Source of the DNA: Terriglobales bacterium
GTDB lineage: Bacteria; Acidobacteriota; Terriglobia; Terriglobales; Acidobacteriaceae
Assembly: GCA_963701805.1 (NCBI GenBank)
Contig: CAVPBA010000002.1
Coordinates: 2,571,801-2,635,800, forward strand
Direction of reading: 5' to 3'
Length of the DNA stretch: 64,000 bases
Numbering within the stretch: position 1 is the first letter of the stretch; each line of letters opens with the position of its first letter. The translations under genes were made by a program, and so were the position numbers. This document shows, piece by piece, positions 18,600-28,838 of the stretch. The notes below the pieces were generated by a model. That model saw only the letters and a program-made list of their open reading frames with translations. It made no database searches and was not told the origin of the DNA.

Positions 18600-21580
18600 T
18601 TGACATTGATACCGACGCGACCCTCGAAGCTGGTTCTTGCTTTATTCTGCGCGGCCTTATCCGCGCAAGGCCAGACGCTGAACAGCAACTACGCCCGCGA
18701 TCCCAACCAGCCCATCGATCAGCAGTACACAGACCACATCAAGAAGTACACGACGGATCCGTCCTTCATCTCGCCGCTGGTTGACTATCTGCCCGCATCG
18801 AAAACCGTGCCGACGCCGGCCAAAGTTCTGGGCGATGTGTCGGGCGCGCCCGACATGCTGCCCTACGCCGAGGATGTGTACAAGTACTTCCGCATGCTTC
18901 GAAGACAGCAGCCCCCGCGTGAAGGTCTTCACCATCGGCCACACCGAGGAAGGCCGCGAGATGATCGCCGCGGCCATCGCCGATCCCGAGTTGCTCGCCG
19001 GCGCGAAGGAGAATAAGGCGCGGCTGGCGCAGCTGGCCGACCCGCGCACCATCAACTTCGATGACGCCAAGGCGCGCGATCTGATCGATCATTCTTATCC
19101 CGTCTACTACATCACCGGAACAATTCACTCGCCGGAGACAGGCGCACCCACAGCGCTGATGGAGCTCGCCTACCGCCTCGCCGTCGATGATGCGCCCTAC
19201 ATCAAGTTCATCCGCTCGCACATGATCGTGCTCATCACGCCGGTGGTCGAAGTGGACGGCCGCGACCGCATGGTCGACATCTACAAATGGCACAAGGCGA
19301 ACCCCGGCAAGGACTGGCCGCGGCTCCTCTACTGGGGCCACTACGTCGCGCATGACAACAATCGCGACGCCATGGCGATGACCCTCGACCTCACTCGCAA
19401 CGTGCTCGACACCTATCTCGACTGGCACGCCCAGGTGCTGCACGACCTGCATGAATCGGTCCCGTTCCTCTACGACAACACGGTCGGCGACGGCCCCTAC
19501 AACGCGTGGGTCGATCCGGCGCTGGCCGACGAATGGGCCGAGCTGGGCTGGAACAACGTGGCCCAGATGCAAAGCTTCGGCATGCCCGGCGTATTCACGC
19601 ATGGCGACTTCGATACGTGGAGCCCCGGCTACCTGATGTTTCTTGCCGGCATGCACAACGGCATCAGCCGCCTCTATGAGACCTTCGGCAACGGCGGCGC
19701 CGATACCGAGAAACGCATCCTGACGCCGGAGGAGTATTCGCGCACCTGGTATCGTCAGAATCCGCCGCTGCCGGTGGTGACCTGGTCGCAGCGCAATAAC
19801 AACAACTACGAAGAAAGCGCCCTGCTCACAACCATCTCCTACTTCTCGCACAACACCCATCACTTCCTCGAGAACTTTTATGTCAAGAGCAAGCGGACCA
19901 TTCAGAAGCCTGCGCTGGAGGGACCGGCCGCGTACGTGATCGCCAATGACGAAGCCCACGCCAACCGCATCGTCGAACTGGTAAAGGCGTTGAAGCGGCA
20001 GCATGTCGAGGTACAGCAGCTTTCGGCAGCAGCCACCTGCACGGTCCCCGGCGAGAAGCGTGGCTGACAAGCCGAAACCGGAGACGTTCGCTGCCGGCAG
20101 CCTGATTGTGCGGATGGATCAACCCTACTCGCGCGCGGCCGATGCACTGCTCGACCGCCAGTTCTGGGCGCCCGATGATCCCCAGAAGCATCCCTACGAC
20201 GACACGGGCTGGTCGTTCAGCGAGTTATTCAATCTCAACGTCACGCGCGTGCCCGATACGGCCATCCTCAAGGCGGATATGAAGCCGGTGGACGATCCAG
20301 CGTCTCTGGCCGGCAAACTCGACGGAACCGGATCGCTCGTCGGCGTTGCGAACACGGGGCAGACCACGCTGCTGGCCTTGGTCTACAAGCTGAAGGGAGC
20401 GAACATCCAGGCTGTCGACAAGCCCTTCGACGCCGGCGACCGGCACTTCTCCCCGGGGTCGATGCTGATTAGCGGCGTTCCAGAAGAGACTCTCAAGACC
20501 GCTCTGCGCGATCTGTCTCTCGACGGCGTCATCCTGAGCGTCACGCCTACCGTGCCCTCACACACTGTCACCGCGCCCCGCATCGCCTTCATGCACACCT
20601 GGCTGGCCACGCAGACCGAGGGCTGGTGGCGCTACGCCTTCGACACCGCGGGCGTCCCGTACGACTACATCAGCACCCAGGCGGTGGCGAAGCAGGACGA
20701 CCTGCGCTCGAAATACGACGTGATTGTGTTCGCGCCGGTGAGCCGCGCGTCGGCCTCGGACATCATCAACGGCATGCCCACCTGGAACAACGCCATGCCC
20801 TGGCAGAAAACCGACCTGACGCCCAACCTGGGCCGCATCGATTCCACCGACGACATCCGCCCGGGACTCGGCTACGACGGGCTGGCGCATCTCAAGAAAT
20901 TCGTCGAGCAGGGCGGCCTGCTGATTACCTGCGAAGATACCGCGCAATTCGCGATCGACACGGGGCTCGCGCCGGGGGTCAGCATCGCTCCCGCCGGAGA
21001 AGCGCGCGTGGTCGGCAGCGTGCTCAACACTGTATTCGCAGCTCGCGAGCATCCCGTGGCCAACGGCTACGACCTGAACCTGCCCGTGATGAGCGCGAAC
21101 GGCATGGCGTTCAACGTGAGCAATACGGTGGGCCGATCCGGCGGCCGGGTGCTGATGGACCCCTACGCGGAGCGTCCCACCGGCCGCGGCAGCGCGGAAG
21201 AGAACGATGAGCCCCAGGGCCGCAGGATCACGGAGGCGGAGCCGCTGCAGAAACAGCAGGCGTGGGAAGCGCGCAAACTCAACGAAGAACAAATGCGCAA
21301 TAATCCATCGGTCATCCCGCCCCAGTACCGGCCGGAGGTGATTCTGCGCTTCGCTGACGCCAAGACCATGCTTCTCTCCGGCCTGCTCGACAAGGCTTCT
21401 TCGATCGCCGAGCATGCAGTCGTAGTCGACGCACACCTGGGCCAGGGCAACGTGCTCCTGTTCGGCAACAACCCCATTTACCGCGGCGAAACCATCGGCA
21501 CCTACGGCCTGGTCTTCAACGCAATCCTGAACTTCGACCACCTGGCGCACGAGGCTGGCGCTCCTGAAAAGAAGCAATAG
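18600..21580 (+). CDS. M14-family zinc carboxypeptidase-like protein; frameshifts near 18900 and 20060
   Basis: IHSPE, HDNNRD and HDLHE zinc motifs; three consecutive ORFs read as one protein with a C-terminal GATase-like region. Confidence 0.8.
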
Positions 21581-21657
21581 GCGTCGAAGGTTCCACGTCT
21601 TTTAAGGCCTCGTTTCTTCTTTGCTCTTGGCCCTCGTTTTGTGTCATGCTTGGACGC

Positions 21658-21768
21658 ATGGGAAACAAAGATAAAGGCAAAAAGGAAGTCAAGAAGGCTC
21701 CCAAGCCAAAGCCCAAACCAGAACCCGGGCGCAGACCGGATGTGTTTACCCCGGCCCCGCCGAAATAA
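21658..21768 (+). CDS. 36-aa basic Lys/Pro-rich small protein, probably leaderless
   Basis: MGNKDKGKKEVKKAPKPKPKPEPGRRPDVFTPAPPK; TGtCATGCT extended -10 lies 7 nt before the ATG. Confidence 0.55.
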   Translation: MGNKDKGKKEVKKAPKPKPKPEPGRRPDVFTPAPPK

Positions 21769-21854
21769 TTTCGCAACAAGAGCCGCTCGCGATCGGGCGG
21801 CTCTTCTGCGTCCGGACGCTTTGGAGTTTGTGCGGAAGGCCTCGCTGCGTCTTC

Positions 21855-23651
21855 TTACCGCCTGCGATAGATGTCGTATCCCCCGAGGCGGCGGTAAAGC
21901 GCAAACTGCGCGGCGATCAGCTGCATGCTTTGTGCCCGCTCCGGCATCGGGTCTCCGTCGATTTGCTCCACCCGCTTGACGATCACCCACTTCACATCAT
22001 GCCGGCGCGCTTCGGCGAGCAGTTCCGGCGCCGAATACGGATCGGTTGTGGGATCGAAGAGCGTCACCGGGAATTGCGGGATGCGGCCGGTCGCGTAGTA
22101 GAACGGGTCTTCTCCAGGAAGCACCAGCAGGGCGTCCGCGCGCGGAATCTCACGCTCAGTGAAGCCAACGAGTTCGTCGAAATTAGCCAGGTACGGTCCT
22201 CGATCCGCCATGCCGCGCAACGCGGGAACAGATGAGTGCTCGAGAGGGGCATCGGGGATCTGGATGTAACTCAGCCGCTCCAGCGAGACTGCATAAAAGC
22301 CGCCGCAGATGATGAACACGCCACCAAGCATCGCGGCCGTTGTGATGACCACCGGCCGGGCTCTGGCCGGCAGCGCCGTCAGTGTCTGGGCCACGAGAAC
22401 CATGAGCAGCGGCCACAGCGCATACGTCGATCCCCACAGTTGCTGGGAAAGAAACGTGCCATGAATCGCGGCCAGGACAAAAAATGGCATTAGCCTCCCG
22501 AGCGTGACCCCGCGCCGCAATTCAAAGGCAGCCACCACAAGCCCGGCAAGCAGCAAAAGCGGCCACACGGCGAGCAAGTTGTCAGCACGATCTTCGGCAT
22601 CATCCTGCATGAGAAGTAAAAGGAGCGTGGCGGCCAGCGGCGCCGCCATAAGGCATATCGCCGCGATGCGCGCCCACCATCGCTCCACCAGGTGCGTGCA
22701 ACAGAGCGCGACGCCGGCGCTCAATGCGGGCAGTGTCCACACCAGCGAGGGCTCTCGGTACACCGACAGCATCGGTGCCAGTCCCGGCAGGCGCCGCTGC
22801 GCTGCGAATTGCACCGTCCAGAGCAGGTAATTGCCGATGCCGGCAGTGCCTGCGATCGCCGCCAGGCCCAGGAACGAGGCAAACGCCATTCCCGCCAGGA
22901 CGAACGCGGATTGCGATCGAAATGCGCGGCGAATGGAGCGCGAGTTCAGGAATTCAAGAACCAGCAGAAGAAGGACGCCTGCACCGACCGCGGCGAGAAA
23001 CGGCAGGCCCATGTTCTGCTTGAAGAAAACAGGCAGCACCGCGGCTGCTCCGGCGGCCACCGGCAACACCCACCCGGTCTTCCCTGCCGTCGCAAGAGAT
23101 GTCAGCAGCAACAACGCGAGAAGGATTGCCAGAGCACAGTCGCAGTCATAAATCGGATGCGGATAGACCGAGTAAATGCCCAGAACCGTGAGCGGCGCGG
23201 CCAGCATCAGCGCAACGGGCCATCCCGTTGTAGCGAAGACCGTGGCACCACGCACAACACGCAGCACGATGCGCCACGTTAACACAGTTCCGAAACCGCC
23301 CGCGATGGCCGCGTAAGCAATGGGGACAAGATAGTGTCGACCGGCCAGGCGCATCAGCACTGCCTGCAGGACAAACGTAAGCGGCGGATGCACCAGGGGA
23401 AAATCCCGATAGGGCATCTGCCCGAGCGCTATGCGCCAACTCGTATCGAGCAGATAGCCGAGATCCCATAGGACGGCAACCCGCGAGTTTTGCCAGCAGA
23501 CAAAAGCCTCAGTGCCCAGAAACAGCAAGACGGCCGCGATAAAGTCTCGCGGCCGCCATGAGTTTGATTCCTGATTAGGAGGGTTTGTAGGCGTTTGTGG
23601 ATTCCCGCCCTTTTCGCACAAATCGCGAAAAGGATGGGGCACGGAGTTCAT
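21855..23651 (-). CDS. Polytopic membrane protein, GT-C/ArnT-like glycosyltransferase
   Basis: Many TM helices; LGQMPYRDFPLVHPP and FFKQNMG motifs; start uncertain. Confidence 0.65.
   Translation of the reverse strand: MNSVPHPFRDLCEKGGNPQTPTNPPNQESNSWRPRDFIAAVLLFLGTEAFVCWQNSRVAVLWDLGYLLDTSWRIALGQMPYRDFPLVHPPLTFVLQAVLMRLAGRHYLVPIAYAAIAGGFGTVLTWRIVLRVVRGATVFATTGWPVALMLAAPLTVLGIYSVYPHPIYDCDCALAILLALLLLTSLATAGKTGWVLPVAAGAAAVLPVFFKQNMGLPFLAAVGAGVLLLLVLEFLNSRSIRRAFRSQSAFVLAGMAFASFLGLAAIAGTAGIGNYLLWTVQFAAQRRLPGLAPMLSVYREPSLVWTLPALSAGVALCCTHLVERWWARIAAICLMAAPLAATLLLLLMQDDAEDRADNLLAVWPLLLLAGLVVAAFELRRGVTLGRLMPFFVLAAIHGTFLSQQLWGSTYALWPLLMVLVAQTLTALPARARPVVITTAAMLGGVFIICGGFYAVSLERLSYIQIPDAPLEHSSVPALRGMADRGPYLANFDELVGFTEREIPRADALLVLPGEDPFYYATGRIPQFPVTLFDPTTDPYSAPELLAEARRHDVKWVIVKRVEQIDGDPMPERAQSMQLIAAQFALYRRLGGYDIYRRR
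23604..23647. repeat. GTGC-type REP-like palindrome
   Basis: cccgcccttttcgc-acaaatc-gcgaaaaggatggggcacggag. Confidence 0.8.
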
Positions 23652-23660
23652 GTGCCCGGA

Positions 23661-24098
23661 TCAGGCCACAACTTCGATGCCCATGGAACGGGCGGTCCCC
23701 TTGATGCTCTTGATCGCCGTCTCCACCGAAGATGCGTTCAGATCAGGCATCTTCTGGGTAGCGATTTCGCGCACCTGCTTCTCGGTCACCTTGCCCACCT
23801 TGTCCTTATTGGGGGTGCCGGCGCCCTTGGCCACGCCGGCAGCTTTCTTCAGCAGGACAGCGGCGGGCGGCGTTTTGGTGATAAAGGTAAAGCTGCGGTC
23901 GGCGTACACGGTGATGACCACCGGAATCGTCAGACCGGCCATTTCCTTGTTCTGCGTACGGGCGTTGAACTGCTTGCAGAACTCCATGATGTTGACCTGC
24001 GCCTGGCCCAGCGCGGGGCCAACGGGCGGCGCCGGCGTTGCCTTGGCGGCTTCAATCTGCAGCTTGACGTACGTTGATACTTTCTTCGGAGGTGCCAT
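23661..24098 (-). CDS. rplK: 50S ribosomal protein L11
   Basis: [13 protein letters not shown]...[11 protein letters not shown]...KTPPAA...GTARSMGI. Confidence 0.98.
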   Translation of the reverse strand: MAPPKKVSTYVKLQIEAAKATPAPPVGPALGQAQVNIMEFCKQFNARTQNKEMAGLTIPVVITVYADRSFTFITKTPPAAVLLKKAAGVAKGAGTPNKDKVGKVTEKQVREIATQKMPDLNASSVETAIKSIKGTARSMGIEVVA

Positions 24099-24118
24099 GA
24101 ATGTTTCCTTCGGAAACC

Positions 24119-24258
24119 AGCTTCTAGCTCCTAGCTGCTGGCTATTAGCTGGTTCGTTCTCATGCGAATTTTGGTGCTGCGGCTCTAGGGTTCGCTGTCA
24201 AACCGCGGTCGCTAGGTGACACGCGGGCTAGAAGCTGGAGCTAGTACCTAGAAGCTGC
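24119..24258. repeat. Paired inverted arrays of TAGCTNN heptamers in nusG-rplK spacer
   Basis: agcttc-tagctcc-tagctgc-tggctat-tagctgg ... gctagaa-gctggag-ctagtac-ctagaagctg. Confidence 0.75.
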
Positions 24259-24260
24259 AA

Positions 24261-24869
24261 CTACTCAATCTTTTCCACTTTGGCGAACTCCAGTTCGACC
24301 GGGGTGGAGCGACCGAAGATGGTCACCATGACCTTGAGCGTCTCGCGATCTTCGTTGATCTCGTCCACTACGCCGTTGAAGTTCGCAAAAGGCCCATCGG
24401 TAATGCGGACCTGTTCGCTCTTCTCAAACTTGATCTTCATGCGCGGCTTGTCTTTGGCGGTCTCGGAACGGAAGAGGATCGAACTCACTTCTTCCTCCGA
24501 CAGCGCGACCGGCTTGTCGCCGGTACCCAGGAAGCCGGTCACCTTGGGCGTGTCCTTGAGGACATGCCACAGGTTGTTGTCGAGATCCATCTCGACCAGT
24601 ACGTAGCCAGGCAGGAAGACGCGTTCCACGGTCCGCTTCTTGCCGTTGACGATCTCCGTCACCGGCTCGGTGGGGATCATGACCCGGCCGACCTTGTCTT
24701 TCAAGCCGAAAGCGGTGATACGGCTCTCGATCGACTCCCGGACCTTGCGCTCAAAACCCGAGTAGGCATGCAGGATGTACCACTTGAAGCGCTCGTTGCG
24801 CTCCGGCTTGGCTTCGCCCGCCTGTTCCAGTTCTTCTGCCATCATGTTCTCGATTTGCGGATCCGGCAC
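24261..24869 (-). CDS. nusG: Transcription factor NusG
   Basis: WYILHAYSGFE...FLPGYVLVEM...VTGFLG...GPFANFNG...IFGRSTPVEL. Confidence 0.98.
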   Translation of the reverse strand: MPDPQIENMMAEELEQAGEAKPERNERFKWYILHAYSGFERKVRESIESRITAFGLKDKVGRVMIPTEPVTEIVNGKKRTVERVFLPGYVLVEMDLDNNLWHVLKDTPKVTGFLGTGDKPVALSEEEVSSILFRSETAKDKPRMKIKFEKSEQVRITDGPFANFNGVVDEINEDRETLKVMVTIFGRSTPVELEFAKVEKIE

Positions 24870-25174
24870 TATTGCGCACCGCCCAGCTTATGCAAGATCG
24901 CAGCCAGGCCGCGGTTGAATATGTTGTCGATGACCCAGAAGTAGAATCCAAACAGGAACACCGCAACCAGAACAACCGAAGTGGTCGCCTGCACTTCCTT
25001 GCGGGAAGGCGTGACGACCTTGCGCATTTCGGCGCGCACGTCGCTCAGGAAACCAGTGATTTTCTGCCAGGTGCCGGCCATGTTTCCGGTGAGATTGGAG
25101 ACGGCACTGGGCTCCTGCCGTTTGATCTGCGCCGGACGATCTTCGCCATTCACTGTTGCTGCCTTTGGTGCCAT
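24869..25174 (-). CDS. secE: Preprotein translocase SecE
   Basis: FLSDVRAEMRKVVTPSRKE plus single TM; directly upstream of nusG. Confidence 0.93.
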   Translation of the reverse strand: MAPKAATVNGEDRPAQIKRQEPSAVSNLTGNMAGTWQKITGFLSDVRAEMRKVVTPSRKEVQATTSVVLVAVFLFGFYFWVIDNIFNRGLAAILHKLGGAQ

Positions 25175-25333
25175 ACACCCATTCCTTCACCCAGGCGTCC
25201 TGCCGGGTGCATCCATCTTCAAAGCCATTCTCGCAGGTATCGCCGGCCTTTTGCATCCCACGCAGGTGGAGTTCTTGCCTGCCACCTGACGTTTCTTCGG
25301 ATCGGCCTCGATCCCACTGCGAAAATGCACAAC

Positions 25334-25409
25334 TGGCAGGGGCGGAGGGATTCGAACCCCCAAGTTCGGTTTTGGAGACCGACAGTTTAACCGTTGAGCT
25401 TACGCCCCT
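25334..25409 (-). tRNA. tRNA-Trp(CCA)
   Basis: AGGGGCG...CTCCAAA...GTTCGAATC...CGCCCCTGCCA. Confidence 0.95.
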
Positions 25410-25414
25410 GAAGG

Positions 25415-25528
25415 CAGTGAACAGCGATCAGTGGACAGTGATCAGTCTCTCTCGTGCGCGGGTAAGCTGATTCGCTCTCCCGGCCAACGCCCAAAACTGA
25501 TCACTGTCCACTGTTCAATGACCACTGT
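25415..25528. repeat. Paired inverted CAGTG heptamer arrays (rpmG-tRNA-Trp spacer)
   Basis: cagtgaa-cagcgat-cagtgga-cagtgat-cagt ... actgat-cactgtc-cactgtt-caatgac-cactg. Confidence 0.85.
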
Positions 25529-25533
25529 CGTCG

Positions 25534-25683
25534 TTACTTCGTTTCCTTGTGCGACTGGTGCTTGCGGCAGCGGTTACAGAACTTCTTGAACTCGAGACGG
25601 CCAGTGGTCGTCTTCTTGTTCTTGGTCGTCGAGTAGTTCCGCTCCTTGCACTCAGTGCACTGCAATGTCACAATTTCCCGCAT
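25534..25683 (-). CDS. rpmG: 50S ribosomal protein L33 (Zn-ribbon C+ form); missed by ORF track
   Basis: Manual translation [49 protein letters not shown]. Confidence 0.96.
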   Translation of the reverse strand: MREIVTLQCTECKERNYSTTKNKKTTTGRLEFKKFCNRCRKHQSHKETK

Positions 25684-25724
25684 CTCACTATCCTAACCGA
25701 TTCTTAGCTTCGCCGGCTCTTCGC

Positions 25725-25835
25725 CAGTCCAGTGATCCGTGCTCAGTGGACAGTGATCAGTTCGTTCTGCCCGGTGTCGCCTCGTCGGCCCACCCGCCGC
25801 ATTGCACTGATCACTGACAATGACCACTGACAACT
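25725..25835. repeat. Paired inverted CAGTG heptamer arrays (tuf-rpmG spacer)
   Basis: cagtgat-ccgtgct-cagtgga-cagtgat-cagt ... cactgat-cactgac-aatgac-cactgac-aact. Confidence 0.8.
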
Positions 25836-25842
25836 CGCTTCG

Positions 25843-27030
25843 TTACTTGATGATTTCCGAGATCGTTCCCGCGCCCACCGTGCGTCCGCCTTCGCGGATG
25901 GCAAAGCGCAGACCCTTCTCCATGGCTACCGGCGTAATCAGTTCGACCACCAGCTGCACGTTGTCGCCCGGCATCACCATCTCCGTGCCCTCCGGCAGCT
26001 CTGCCACACCCGTCACGTCCGTGGTGCGGAAGTAGAACTGGGGACGATACCCCTTGAAGAACGGCGTATGACGGCCGCCCTCTTCCTTCGACAGAACGTA
26101 AATTTCACCCTTGAAGTTGGTGTGCGGCGTGATCGAGCCAGGCTTGGCCAGAACCATTCCGCGCTCCACGTCTTCCTTGGCAATGCCGCGCAGCAGGATG
26201 CCCGCGTTATCGCCCGCCAGGCCTTCGTCCAGCTGCTTCTTGAACATTTCCACGCCCGTGCACACCGACTTGCGGGTTTCGCGGAAGCCGACAATCTCGA
26301 CATCCTCGCCCACCTTCACCTTGCCGCGCTCGATGCGTCCCGTGACCACCGTGCCGCGTCCCGAGATCGAGAAAATATCTTCGATCGGCATCAGGAAGGG
26401 CAGGTCGATCGAACGCTGCGGCTGGGGAACGTTCTTGTCCACCGCATCCATCAGCGCGTCGATCTGGGCTTCCCACTTGGGCTCGCCGTTCAGAGCCCCC
26501 AGGGCCGAGCCCCGAATCACCGGAACATCGTCGCCCGGGAACTGGTACTTCGACAGAAGCTCGCGGACTTCCATCTCCACCAGATCGGTCAGCTCTTCGT
26601 CTTCCACCGCGTCGCACTTGTTCAGGAACACCACGATATAAGGCACGCCTACCTGGCGGGCCAGCAGAACGTGTTCCTTGGTCTGCGGCATGGGACCGTC
26701 GGTCGCCGCCACGACGAGAATCGCGCCGTCCATCTGCGCCGCGCCGGTGATCATGTTCTTGATGTAATCCGCGTGGCCGGGGCAGTCCACGTGCGCATAG
26801 TGCCGGTTCTTGGTCTCGTACTCCACGTGCGCCGTCGCGATCGTGATGCCGCGCTCGCGCTCCTCCGGAGCGTTGTCGATCGAGTCGAACGAACGGAACG
26901 TATTCTTCGGATTGTGCTTCTGCAGAACCTTCGTAATCGCAGCCGTCAGTGTCGTCTTGCCGTGATCGATGTGCCCGATCGTCCCCACATTGCAATGAGG
27001 CTTCGAACGATCAAACTTTTCCTTCGCCAT
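25843..27030 (-). CDS. tuf: Elongation factor Tu
   Basis: [37 protein letters not shown]. Confidence 0.99.
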   Translation of the reverse strand: MAKEKFDRSKPHCNVGTIGHIDHGKTTLTAAITKVLQKHNPKNTFRSFDSIDNAPEERERGITIATAHVEYETKNRHYAHVDCPGHADYIKNMITGAAQMDGAILVVAATDGPMPQTKEHVLLARQVGVPYIVVFLNKCDAVEDEELTDLVEMEVRELLSKYQFPGDDVPVIRGSALGALNGEPKWEAQIDALMDAVDKNVPQPQRSIDLPFLMPIEDIFSISGRGTVVTGRIERGKVKVGEDVEIVGFRETRKSVCTGVEMFKKQLDEGLAGDNAGILLRGIAKEDVERGMVLAKPGSITPHTNFKGEIYVLSKEEGGRHTPFFKGYRPQFYFRTTDVTGVAELPEGTEMVMPGDNVQLVVELITPVAMEKGLRFAIREGGRTVGAGTISEIIK

Positions 27031-27210
27031 AAAAGTCCTGAATCCCTTTCGTAGCTCGTACTGCCCGTTGCATCCAGGGGCGCCGGCGGTCCGGCTCCAG
27101 CCCCAAAAAACAGTGTTCAGTGATCAGTCTTCGGTGGTCAATCTTGTTTTCGTTCGCGTCAGTCCCATCCGCCTTTGCATTGGCTGATCACTAATATCTG
27201 ACCTCTCGTC

Positions 27211-27519
27211 TCAGTAATACGCGTATGCCTTGTAATACCGCTGCCGCAATTCCTGCGGAACCTTCTCCACCAGCCGCAGGTAGCGCTCGCGCGTCAAACC
27301 CTGATCGGAAACGGGCAGCGCTTCGTAGAGCCGGACCGCGTCTTTGCCCAGAAAGCCGCGCCGCAGCACCGCTTCGAAGTCGCGGACCCGAAGCTTGGAA
27401 CGCCGGATGCGATCGAGAAGCACTTCCACCTCGCGCGCATCAAGTGCCGCGTCGATCAAAGCATGCAGCTGGGCAAACCCCTGCTGGTCCTGTACGGCGA
27501 TAGCTGCCTGTTCGAACAT
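27211..27519 (-). CDS. Hypothetical 102-aa protein between tRNA-Gly and tuf
   Basis: SD aggag before ATG; fills the spacer; helical composition. Confidence 0.7.
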   Translation of the reverse strand: MFEQAAIAVQDQQGFAQLHALIDAALDAREVEVLLDRIRRSKLRVRDFEAVLRRGFLGKDAVRLYEALPVSDQGLTRERYLRLVEKVPQELRQRYYKAYAYY

Positions 27520-27558
27520 GTTTCTCCTGGTTTTGGACGAGTGCCTCAGCTCAAAAAT

Positions 27559-27633
27559 TGGAGCGGGAGACGGGGATCGAACCCGCGACCAACAGCTTGG
27601 AAGGCTGTGACTCTACCACTGAGTTACTCCCGC
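27559..27633 (-). tRNA. tRNA-Gly(TCC)
   Basis: GCGGGAG...CTTCCAA...GTTCGATC...CTCCCGCTCCA. Confidence 0.95.
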
Positions 27634-27639
27634 AAAAAC

Positions 27640-27755
27640 AGCTATTGGCTTTTAGCCGTTAGCTCTTAGCTCGATCCTGCCAGTTCAAGATGCCGCGGCA
27701 AAACCATCCACCAATTCACTAAGAGCTAAAAGCTAATTGCTAATTGCTAATTGCT
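27640..27755. repeat. Paired inverted TAGCT/GCTAA heptamer arrays between tRNA-Thr and tRNA-Gly
   Basis: agctat-tggcttt-tagccgt-tagctct-tagctc ... gctaaaa-gctaatt-gctaatt-gctaatt-gct. Confidence 0.8.
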
Positions 27756-27762
27756 TGAAATC

Positions 27763-27838
<76 letters not shown>

Positions 27839-27844
27839 CCTCTT

Positions 27845-28084
27845 TTACTCGCCCCCGTGGCGAATCTTGTCTGCCTGCCGAACCAAAATCGTACGCAGTG
27901 CGAACGTGGCCAGAATCAGAACCGGAATCAATCTTAATTCTACAGGCTTACCGAAGACGACCACTGTTCCCTCGCCTACTGTAAACCACGCCAGCACTGC
28001 CAGAACGCCATACAGCAGAAGAGCGACCGGATACCGCCGTTGCAGATCCAGGCCCGTGCGCGTTCCCGGCTGCTCCTCGCGCAT
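27845..28084 (-). CDS. Small two-TM hypothetical protein inside tRNA operon
   Basis: MREEQ...YPVALLLYGVLAVLAWF...LIPVLILATFALR; gaggg SD. Confidence 0.6.
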   Translation of the reverse strand: MREEQPGTRTGLDLQRRYPVALLLYGVLAVLAWFTVGEGTVVVFGKPVELRLIPVLILATFALRTILVRQADKIRHGGE

Positions 28085-28106
28085 TTCCAAACCCTCACCA
28101 AAAACC

Positions 28107-28194
28107 TGGTGCACAGGGGAGGATTCGAACCTCCGTAGCTCCAAAGAGCGGCAGATTTACAGTCTGCTGCCATTAACCGCTCGGCCACCTGTGC
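28107..28194 (-). tRNA. tRNA-Tyr(GTA)
   Basis: GCACAGG...GCAGA-CTGTAAA-TCTGC, long variable arm, CCTGTGCACCA. Confidence 0.95.
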
Positions 28195-28377
28195 AAAACT
28201 TCAACTGCGCCGACGTTGCCCCTTTTGCGCATCAAGGCTCCATCCGGAAGCCTCCGGTCATCTTCGGAGCCTGCGCCTGAAGTGGGGTCACCGCGGAGAA
28301 CAGGCCAGGCGCCCGAAAATCCAGGCCCCGGTAAAACTCTCTTGCCGCTGTTCAAACTCCGGTCCATTTCCCTGAAG

Positions 28378-28453
28378 TGGAGCTGGCGAAGGGATTTGAA
28401 CCCCCGACCCTCTGATTACAAATCAGATGCTCTACCAGCTGAGCTACGCCAGC
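28378..28453 (-). tRNA. tRNA-Thr(TGT)
   Basis: GCTGGCG...TCTGA-TTTGTAA-TCAGA...CGCCAGCTCCA. Confidence 0.95.
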
Positions 28454-28570
28454 CCTGCATAAGCGGTTCCAGACTGCTTTCGAACCGCTTTCCCACCCCA
28501 AACGTTCCGGAGGTCTGAACCAGCAGTACGGGCACACTCATGCTGCGCACGCACCACGGCACAGAATCAA

Positions 28571-28599
28571 AGGTTAGCACAGGCCCGCCGCCGGAGCAA
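28571..28599 (-). promoter_or_regulatory. Candidate sigma70 promoter of tRNA-tuf operon
   Basis: TTGCTC-17 nt-TAACCT with TG extension. Confidence 0.55.
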
Positions 28600-28609
28600 A
28601 CCTCGAAAG

Positions 28610-28754
28610 GCAGCTTAGCTTCTAGCCTCTAGCTGCTAGCTCGATTCTGAAGTTCGAAGCCTCTCTCAGGAAACGCTAAGACCCCGCCTGAATCCCCTAC
28701 TGGTGCACGCCCGGTACGAAAGAGCTAGAAACTAGTGGCTAGGAGCTGGTAGCT
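28610..28754. repeat. Paired inverted TAGCT heptamer arrays
   Basis: tagcttc-tagcctc-tagctgc-tagctc ... agctagaa-actagtg-gctagga-gctggta-gctg. Confidence 0.75.
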
Positions 28755-28838
28755 GTTTTTTTGAAACGCGAATTGTCTTGACTTTACTATTCCATCGCAA
28801 GAACCTTCTTGCGAGCGATTCTTCTTAAGGGAGCTCCA

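Noticed and set aside
20060-20070. TGA in the M14 gene as selenocysteine or readthrough
   Set aside because: The continuation is in a different frame, so this is a frameshift
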